Source: Nemertoderma westbladi
Lineage: Eukaryota; Animalia; Xenacoelomorpha
Direction of reading: 5' to 3'
DNA length: 55,348 nt
Assembly: GCA_032718475.1 (NCBI GenBank)
Contig: JAUCBJ010001251.1
Coordinates: 1-55,348 of the forward strand
This document shows positions 35,826 through 45,000 of this stretch, piece after piece (position 1 is the stretch's first letter; the number at the start of each line of letters is the position of its first letter). A program made the translations under genes and the position numbers. Under the pieces are notes generated by a model. It was not told where the DNA came from. It saw only the letters and a list, made by a program, of their open reading frames with translations, and searched no databases.

Positions 35826-36410
35826 ATTTTTGCTAGCTAGTATTTTTAGAAATTATAAAAAATGTGAAAGTCCATGATATTTCAGGTTAAACTGTTGAAG
35901 AATATATTAATGACCAAAATAATTTCCAAAAATTACTAGCTAGTAAAAAAATACTAGCATTATACCATAAAAAAATCTTTTTGCTAGCTAGTATTTTTAG
36001 AAATTATAAAAAATGTGAAAGTCCATGATATTTCAGGTTAAACTGTTGAAGAATATATTAATGACCAAAATAATTTCCAAAAATTACTAGCTAGTAAAAA
36101 AATACTAGCATTATACCATAAAAAAATCTTTTTGCTAGCTAGTATTTTTAGAAATTATAAAAAATGTGAAAGTCCATGATATTTCAGGTTAAACTGTTGA
36201 AGAATATATTAATGACCAAAATAATTTCCAAAAATTACTAGCTAGTAAAAAAATACTAGCATTATACCATAAAAAAATCTTTTTGCTAGCTAGTATTTTT
36301 AGAAATTATAAAAAATGTGAAAGTCAATGATATTTCAGGTTAAGCTGTTGAAGAATATATTAATGACCAAAATAATTTCCAAAAATTACTTGCTAGTAAA
36401 AAATACTAGA
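35826..36410. repeat. 151-bp tandem repeat, ~4 units, inside the TIR element
   Basis: TGCTAGCTAG recurs at 35831, 35982, 36133 and 36284. Confidence 0.92.
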
Positions 36411-36787
36411 TAGGTCTAGTCTAGTTTAGTTAAATCTACTAAGGTTCTAGAACATTCACTAATAATATAACAAATTGGAGAAGAGCTGTTGCAACTGTAA
36501 TTAAAGGTGTAATATTATGGGTTTGTTCAGAAGTGGAAAAATGAGAAAGCGCGTCACCGGGGGTTGAACCAGCGCTATACGTACGTTTCGGCCTAACAGG
36601 CCTCAAGTGTGCTAGAGTGAAATAGGAGGGAAGTACAAATAAATAAATATTCAGCTCGAGTATTGCTGCCAGGTGATATTAATTAAATAAATTGGAGATG
36701 AGCTGTTGCAACTGTAATTAAAGGTGAAATATTATGGGTTTGTTCAGAAGTGGAAAAATGAGAAAGCGCGTCACCGGGGGTTGAACC

Positions 36788-36833
36788 AGCGCTATACGAA
36801 CGTTTCGGCCTAACAGGCCTCATCAGTAGCGCT
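36788..36833 (-). ncRNA. Type I hammerhead ribozyme (loop III variant GUUC)
   Basis: AGCGCTA-CTGATGA-GGCCT GTT AGGCC-GAAA-CGTTCG-TA-TAGCGCT on the minus strand. Confidence 0.85.
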
Positions 36834-37173
36834 AACCAGCTCAGCCACTAGCCCCTGACACTCACAGTCCCACCTAATCCACTTCTATTGAACGGGCAGT
36901 CTTAAGTTGCATATATTCTATCTCTAACCCATAATATTACACCTTTAATTACAGTTGCAACAGCTCATCTCCAATTTATTTAATTAATATCACCTGGCAG
37001 CAATACCGAGCTGAATATTTATTTATTTGTACTTCCCTTCCGTCTCACTCTAACATACTTGAGGCCGGTAGGTCCGCTGTTAGAGATAGAATATATCCAA
37101 CTTAAGACTGCCCGTTCAATAGAAGTGGATTAGGTGGGACTGTGAGTGTCAGGGGCTAGTGGCTGAGCTGGTT

Positions 37174-37219
37174 AGCGCTACTGATGAGGCCTGTTAGGCC
37201 GAAACGTACGTATAGCGCT
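37174..37219 (+). ncRNA. Type I hammerhead ribozyme, minimal palindromic stem III; predicted cleavage after GUA at 37212
   Basis: Stem I AGCGCTA/TAGCGCT, core CTGATGA, stem II GGCCT/AGGCC, GAAA, ACGTACGT palindrome. Confidence 0.92.
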
Positions 37220-38938
37220 GGTTCAACCCCCAGTGACGCGCTTTCTCATTTTTCCACTTCTGAACAAACCCATAATATTACACCACTAATAATATAAATA
37301 TAAATAAATATAAAAAAATGGGGCCCCAATACCGAAAAAGTGCCTGAATCTGTATCAATGTTCTTATTATTATATGAGGACAGGACGAATGATGCTGTAT
37401 GTGATGGATGTTGACTTGCTGCAATGCTTTCCTTTTTTTCAACTACTATTTTTTCTCTTTTCTATATTATTTTTCTCTATTTTGTTGTTTGCCTTGGGGT
37501 TGTATTGGGTTTTGCAGTTTTGTAATCTGCAAATTGCAGTGTGGTGCCCTATGCTTCTGCAATGATAACAAGGTTTGCGCCTTCTACATGCATGCACCTC
37601 ATGACCTTTTCCTAAACAGGAAAAGCAATGATTATTAAGTTTGAGAAAATCCTTGCGATCTTCATAGTTGGTCATCACATGACAATTTGCCGAATAATGA
37701 CTCTGTCTGCAAAAAACACACCGTGGGATGAATGTATCTGTTTTCCCTGATGATTGAAATGTACTTGGAGCATTTTGATTGAAATTTACTATTACCAACC
37801 GCAGCTGATTTAAACCCACCATTGGGATTTTGTATGGTACTATTTCCGTTGTAAGGTCGATTCTTATTTTTAGTTGAATCTACAATGAACGTCGAAGCTG
37901 ACGGTAGTGTTGGTTTCTGTTGCTTTATTTGCGATTCTACATTATGAAATGGAGTGTGACCTTTAGTAAGTTCTAAAATGGCTTCTTCAGTTTCTAATTG
38001 AACTTTAATTTGGTCAACTAGCCACTGAAGGTCATTAATGTCATTATTCTTTAGAAGAAGCAACCGTTTTGTTAACTCTAAAGGCAATGCACGTAAAATG
38101 TCTGGAATAACAATCAATTGATATTCCATAGGCGTCACACCAAGTGCGTCTAAAGCTCTAATATTTGCTCTACACGAATCGTATATTTACCGCAATGATG
38201 CTGTTTTTCCAAGTTTGTCTGTAATATTATGCAGTTCCTCTATGTGGCAACGAATTGTTCGACCTTTATTGCCGTATTGTTCCTTTAAGATATCAAATGC
38301 TATTGCATAATTGTCACCAGTCACAGGTAGGCCGGTAACTATCGCTTTGGCGGGACACTTAAACTTTGTATAAGATGCTGGAACTTAAGAACGTCTGGTA
38401 ATCCTGAGTCATGTATGGCTGAAAGGAATGAATCCCGCCAGCCACAATTCTCTAAGGGATACCGTTAAGTGTGTTAATAACACACATGATTACAATGAAT
38501 GTAAAGTTTATCGGGCGTTATGTCGTGTAAATCGAATGAAAATAATGATATGTTATAAAATAAACGACTATATAATTACTTGTTAATTATTAGGACAAAT
38601 AAATATTAACGATGAGAATGAATGAAATGTGAGGAAGTAAACTGATTTTCGTATCTGCACATGGATTAAAGTTATCGGTAACTGAGTAAAGACAAACAGG
38701 CGAATCAGCTGTAATTAGTGTAAAGAAATTAATTAACACAGTTACTACCAATAATATAGATATAATATGTGCGAAAACACAGTGAGGATTAATTGTTAGA
38801 CCTATGTGATTAGTTTATTAGACAGACAATAAAGGTCCAAATATAAATTGAGAGAAATCGATACTGTATCTATGGAAAGGTTTAATTACGTTACAACATG
38901 AAAATCACTGGCTCCACGAAAAATTCGCATATTCCCAT

Positions 38939-39416
38939 ATTTCCATGGCAACAGGGGGTAATTTGCAAAACATCATTTTCCAAGACTCCTACAGAATTAT
39001 AACCCATACCTACCCCCACTAATCGCTATCAGTGATTCGATTGTGGTAATTTTCAAAACCCGGTTGCCATGGCAACTACTATCGGAATACTTCATAAAAC
39101 GTCCTTTTACGGTAAGTATCAGGATTTTGTTAAACTGCTGCCTAATGTGTTCCCATCCGCCAAAATCATGAAAAATTATAAATATATTGTGCATGTCCCA
39201 CTCTTAATTTCTAGCAGTGACTCAATTTCAATGGATTGGTAGCCTCCCTGTAACCATGGAAACAAGCAAATAATGACCTTCTGAAATGTTTCGTTATGTG
39301 AAATGCAGTTACCATGAAGTAAAATAAAATCCATTTGGGGTCAAGTAAATTGAACATTGCTAATTTGAGACAATTAAGTCCCGCCCAAGTAGGTCTGTCA
39401 CTGTTGCCATGGCAAC
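38939..39416. promoter_or_regulatory. Cluster of RFX X-box-like palindromes, probably within a repeat
   Basis: GTTGCCATGGCAAC at 39063 and 39403, GTAACCATGGAAAC at 39250, ATTTCCATGGCAAC at 38939. Confidence 0.45.
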
Positions 39417-39759
39417 TGGAAACAATCGGTAATCTGCGGAAAATCTCGAAAAATTATATTGTACATACTTCAACTGCGTCTATGTGTATATATGTCGGTT
39501 GGTTAGTACATAGTTTACCTTTATGGTCACTTTCATGCTTTTGTAAAAAAATTTGCATGTTGGCCATTTTTAAAGCATAACAGACTCCACTAAAATATTT
39601 ATACAGCTAAAAAGACTGAGATGTAGGCCTATCTAAATTGCACATAAAGAAAGAACCCAAAAAGGGTGCACCGTATATGTAAAGTTTGATTACATTTATT
39701 TGGGAACAATTAACCCCTGTTCCACTCCGATCCACATTGTATTTTTTTAAATACTAGGC

Positions 39760-40272
39760 CTAAACTTCCCGTAACCAACTGGTTAGTTTCTCAATTCCTG
39801 TCCCATCCTTAACGCTAATCTCTATTACATCAATATCAAAGATATCAGCGAGACAGCCTAACTGCGTCGAATTATCCACTTCGCATCTTGTCATCCGCGT
39901 TCCAATATCCACTTTATTCAACAAAATCAGGAAACGCGCGTTCTTAGGCAATAAATCCGAACGTAGCAGATCCCGGAGCAAAATAAAACTCGCAGCAACC
40001 CGCGTGCGGTCGGCCGCATCCAGAACATACAAAACCGCGTTGGTGTTGGGGAAATAATGGTGCCAGATCGGAGCCATACAGCCACCGAGCTCGCGGATAG
40101 TGACGTCACCACGTCGCCCTGGGATCGAGACAGTAGCTAGGTTGGTTCCCACCGTAGGGATTGTGTTGTAATTGATTTCTCCGGAACCAACTGATTGGTT
40201 GCGCAGACGATTCAGCAATAAGGTCTTTCCGCTGCCTAAGGGTCCCAGTAACAACAACGTTGTTGCAACCAT
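39760..40272 (-). CDS. ARL16: ADP-ribosylation factor-like protein 16 (single coding exon, 170 aa)
   Basis: P-loop GPLGSGKT, TIPTVGTNL, ARL16-typical IRELGGCMAPIW, NKVD. Confidence 0.9.
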   Translation of the reverse strand: MVATTLLLLGPLGSGKTLLLNRLRNQSVGSGEINYNTIPTVGTNLATVSIPGRRGDVTIRELGGCMAPIWHHYFPNTNAVLYVLDAADRTRVAASFILLRDLLRSDLLPKNARFLILLNKVDIGTRMTRCEVDNSTQLGCLADIFDIDVIEISVKDGTGIEKLTSWLREV

Positions 40273-40698
40273 GTTTGTTTTGCCTTACCGGTACCGGTAA
40301 TTAAATTAGTCCTACCGGTACGGTAACTATTTCTGTAATTTGTAATTCAGTAATTAACATAATTTAATTATATTTCAATATCATTTCTACATCGGCATCG
40401 GCCAGCATCGGCATAAGATAATTGATAGGGCCTAATATTTCTGACTAATAGAGTTGCCCACTGCCATAATCTTAATAATAAAACAAATTTCACCGTCAAT
40501 ACCGCAATACAGCAATACCTGAGTACCGCAAACCGGTACCGGTACTTATTGCTGTATTGTATACCGGTAGTGCAGTGGTGCTGTAGCATGGCCTACTACA
40601 CACAGGCCATGACAAGGATTTTGCTGTTAAATTAGCGTAGGCTGACTGTGCTGATTATGGTATTGCAGTATTGTGGTACCTAAGCTATAGCTATAGGC

Positions 40699-40735
40699 CA
40701 AGGACTACTATACTACTGTAGTATAGTAGTCCTTG
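40699..40735. mobile_element. 37-bp perfect palindrome with 8-bp TSD
   Basis: CAAGGACTACTATACTAC-T-GTAGTATAGTAGTCCTTG flanked by CTATAGGC on both sides; absent from copy A. Confidence 0.8.
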
Positions 40736-40854
40736 CTATAGGCCTATATACTGTTAGGTATATTGCTGTATTGGGGTGGGGTTAGGAATAATCCATTTGT
40801 TTTAGCATTGAATCCCCTTATGTATTATAAAACCATTGGAAATATTCGCAAATG

Positions 40855-41216
40855 CCGCTCCATTACTGTCTGAAACGCTCCCGACAGTCCGACGTATCTG
40901 GACCCGAGCAGCCGAGTTGCTTCAAGAGGTGATTAACGGGGGAATATACTACGGAATTGCTTGTTTGTCAGTACGATTCTGTTTGGGTATTTACTACACT
41001 CAGACACTGGGAATACGGCGGTCGGTCAGATTGTAATGCAGGCCACTGCCAAGTTCCTCATGCCTCACTCCGGTCACCCACCTTGGAGTGCGGTGGGAAG
41101 AGTCCCACTTACTGACTTACGTCGACGACTGGACGAATCGACGAGGATTGCGATCTGGGTTTAGCGGCGGCCCGGATCCTGGGATCGCCTGGGGGAAATG
41201 GTTGAACGTCGGGCAG
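40855..41216 (+). pseudogene. ALDH3-like fragment, copy B (ends just before the catalytic Cys)
   Basis: Near-identical to 1224-1595; ends IAWGKWLNVG. Confidence 0.88.
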
Positions 41217-42080
41217 GCCAAGATGGGTTTTGCGTCCAGTCCCACCCCCCTCAGCCCCTCCTGTCTCTGGATTTCACTAAAAAAATAGAATACATTGCAT
41301 TTTACTGTTATAATTACTGTATTGAATAAAATAATTAATTTATTGTTTATTAAACCGTGCTAAGCACGTTGAACTGGAGCTCTAACAATTCCCCACTAGC
41401 GGCAGACACCCAGACAGGAACTGTAAAAGTCTCTGTAGAATTTCTAATTAAGCAATGCTCTTAGGTAACTACTACTAAATTTCAGATGAATCTGATCGTT
41501 GGTTCTATAATTACAGCTATTTTTACGTTTCTGTTAATTCGCCCCCTAGCGGCAGACATGGGAACTGTAGAAGTCTGTCTGTGTGTAGAATTTCAACATT
41601 TTTTATAGACTACATGTGTACCAAGTTTGGTTCCATTTCATCCATGATTGACTTCTTAGCATTCAAACATTCCTGCCACAAACATAGCCAGAGGCAGCCA
41701 CAAACAAACAAAAGCTGCAGGAACTCGAGCGATAATTAATTAATTAATTATTAAATACTGTTTCAATTAAATTATTTACGAAAATCTAGTCATCTTCTGT
41801 TAAATATGGACCCTGCATTCGTGGGAAATATAATATTTGATAATTCATCAGTCAGCCTACGATAATTTCACAGCAAAGTCCTTGTCATGGCCCTGTGTGA
41901 AGTAGTGCATAGTGTAGTGTGTATACAGTCCTTATCCTGTTATCCTTGTCACATACTCACATAATCACTACTAACAAGTACCACCCTAGAGCTGTAGAGG
42001 CAACAACCTTCTACAGTTCTAGCTCCTGCTTCTGTGTTGCCTCCATTTCCTCGTTCTATCATCCATCACACACACTGGCT

Positions 42081-45000
42081 AGTGTAGATTGACTAATTAA
42101 CTCTCAATGATTGACTGCTTTGGTGATTGGTTTATTAGCTAAGCTATCCAGCTCTTTATAATATATAATACAATCCGTATATAGGTGGAGGGAGAATATG
42201 ACATTACTTTGTGTGTACAGTTTACATGTGTGTTACTGTTATCTTATCTAATGTAGTTAATATACAGACGATATATTGCTATTTGAAGCTTAACTATTAT
42301 GGCGCAGTATTTTATCTGAACCTTATACTTATAGACACGATTTACACATGGAATTTATATTATGGAAGGCCACGAAATCAAGAAAATGATTAAACGTTGT
42401 AGTGGATACTTGAGTCACTGCACTCGCACCACTAACCTCCTATACGCGCAGAATTAGCCGAATACGACACTAAAGAACCAAGTAGTGTCGAACTCGAAAT
42501 TTTATTTCAGGCTTTCGAGGACCTTAAAGGTGCTGTCAACAAGTTTATTGCTATTCACCAACAGGTAACGGAACTGTGGGAAGTTGGCGATGGTGACGAT
42601 GATGTAGCTGAGCATGCAGTTTCTAATCAGATGAAGACGGTGCTAACATTTCAGAAGGAAATTAAAGTCAGGAGATCTGTTCTAGAATCCCGCATAGTTG
42701 AACCAACGCCAGTCACGGTGGTACCAGCTAAACCATTAAAAATGGATCTACCCAGTCTTAAACGCCCAGCTAATCTAGCATTGGTGGATTTCGATGATTG
42801 GGAGATCCATTGGGACGATTACACCGCTGGAGTACGCTTAGCAGATGTAACAGCAAGAGCCCAGCGTGCTCAACTGAGGTCTGCCTTAGATCCAGAATGG
42901 ACAAAGTTATGGTCTGAAGGTTTGATCCACGTCTCCGATACCGATAATATTAAAGCTATCGTGGTGAAGCTGCGAAAGTACCTCAGAGAAGAAAGACATG
43001 AGATGATAGAGCGGGTCACCTTCTCCAATCGCAAACAACGACCAGGAGAGCCCATCACTGAGTTTTATATGGCCCTACAGGCCAGTGATAGAGCTTGTGG
43101 TTACGCAACAGTGTGTAATATGGCGGATTATCACCGTAGTGAACACATAATGACAGCATTTATTGCTGGACTCTTATTACTGCAATACTTAAAACTGCAA
43201 TGAAGGACCTCCGTCGTCTTAGCCATGGCTAAATCTAGATCAATCTGCTTACTGGGCGGAAAAGCCAACCAACCACCAAGGTTAAGGCTGAATCACCAGC
43301 CGATCGCCTCAATGGTTGGAAAGCCCACTTTGAAAAGCTCCTCAATAATGACAGGGTATGCCTGATTACTTTATAGAAGTAAAAGTGTCTGAGTCTGTAC
43401 TCCCAGATATTCCCATTGGCGATATCTCCTTTGCAGAAGTGAAGGCTGCTGCAAAGTGCATTAAGACCAATCGTGCCAGTGGAGTAGATGGTGTTCCCCC
43501 TGAGGTCTTTAAAATACCTGAGTGTTTAAAGCTCATCTATCCCATCATAGTAGACAATCCCACTAGACTAGACATGTACCGAACAACAAGAGTCCCACAA
43601 GAAATGAAAACAAATATGTTGGTGCCAGTTCCCAAGAAGGGCAACCTAACACTCTATGGTTCTTTTCGGGGAATCTCATTGATCTCGATTGCTGCAAAGC
43701 TATACAATAGGATTCTATTAAATCGCATCAGGGATCCCATTGAGAGACTGCTCCGTGGAAATCAGAATGGGTTCCGTAAAGGTTGTGGGACCATGGAGCC
43801 CATTTTGGCACTTAGAAGGATAATTGAAGAGTTATCAAAAAAGAAAGACAGGCATCTGGCTGTTATCTTTGTTGACTTCTTCAAGGCCTTTGATTCAGTC
43901 TCTCGCTCACGTATGTTCAGCATACTTTCATTATATGGGATTCCTGATGAAATTATTGCAGCAATCAGATCAGTATATGATGGTTCGACAACATTTGTGT
44001 CTACTGTTGATGGTGACACAGAACCATTTGAAGTGTTATGGGGCGTCCTCCAAGGAGACACACTTGCACCATTCTTGTTCATTATTGTGGTTGACTATGT
44101 TCTACGCATGTCCTTAGATCATTATAATGATGATGGGGTGGGAAGTCAGGTGAGGACCTTCGAATACGTAAGGGAAAGGCATGGGCAGCCTTGAATAGGC
44201 TTTCCAGGATTTGGAAGTCACCGAGAATTAATCGGAAACTTAAGGTCCGATTATTTAGAGCAGCAGTAGTTCCAGTACTCCTCTACGGGAGTCCATGCTG
44301 GGCTCTAACTGCTGAGGACACCAAATCTCTGGATGGCACATTCACAAGAATGCTACGCCGGGTTCATTGTGTCAAGTACAATGCACACATCTCCAACCAG
44401 ACACTATATAACATTGGAGGTGTCTCATTGGTTCCCCCAAGCTTGACACTAGAACAAAATCGCCTCCGCTTTGGAGGACATTGCTTTCGCCGTGAGGACC
44501 AGCCAGTGCATTATCTTGTACTTTGGCAGCCTCATGGAGTGAATAAGCATGGTGGACAGCCCATGACTTTCTTGAGACGCATCTTAAAGGACACTGGCCT
44601 TAAAGATGCGGATGATCTAGCAAATGTCATGGGTGATAGGGAGTTGTGGCGGTGCAATTTTGTTGACAAGCCGGCACAGCATTCTTAAAAATGCTGCTGC
44701 AATGCAGCATGCCGATCCTAGTAGTAGTAGTATGGCTAAATCTATCCAAGCGAGTGAATCTGTTGACAATGATCTCGAACAGCCATCTATCAAACTGTCT
44801 GACGCAATGTCGGTCGTGGAGATCGAAGATGCTATACCCGCTACATGTGCTTTGCTACGGAAATCAACGTACAAAACTGGAGTACGGGACCAGATCCGTT
44901 AACTCGATCGAAAAATGACGCGGTGAATTGTCGCAGCTGTGGACGAATCCACGACAAGGATAAATGTTTTGCAAGAGACCACGTAAAAGAAAACTGTATA

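Larger units (their letters stand above)
36471..37283. mobile_element. Hammerhead-containing non-autonomous retroelement (retrozyme-like, ~341-nt monomer) as an inverted multimer
   Basis: Minus-strand tandem copies 36471-36927 abut a plus-strand circularly permuted monomer 36926-37283; 14-bp TSD CACTAATAATATAA at 36457-36470 and 37284-37297. Confidence 0.88.
35790..37344. mobile_element. Non-autonomous TIR element with ~32-bp TIRs and 6-bp TSD
   Basis: GGCACTTTTTCGGTATTGGGGCCCCATTTTTT and its reverse complement; TGAATC at 35784-35789 and 37345-37350. Confidence 0.88.
34564..38460 (-). pseudogene. Decayed BEL/Pao gag-pol, split by a TIR element
   Basis: Gag remnants, CVFC..H / CFSC..H / CYHC..HH knuckles, LIIGANHYW, HYIPHHGV, RIVFNAS, SLNDCLESGPNL, ADIQQAF, across frameshifts. 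Confidence 0.9.
40601..41897 (+). mobile_element. Composite repeat, copy B, bounded by ~48-bp inverted repeats
   Basis: 40601-40648 and 41849-41897 are reverse complements with a few mismatches; lacks the segment matching ~623-1223 of copy A; no TSD found. Confidence 0.7.
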
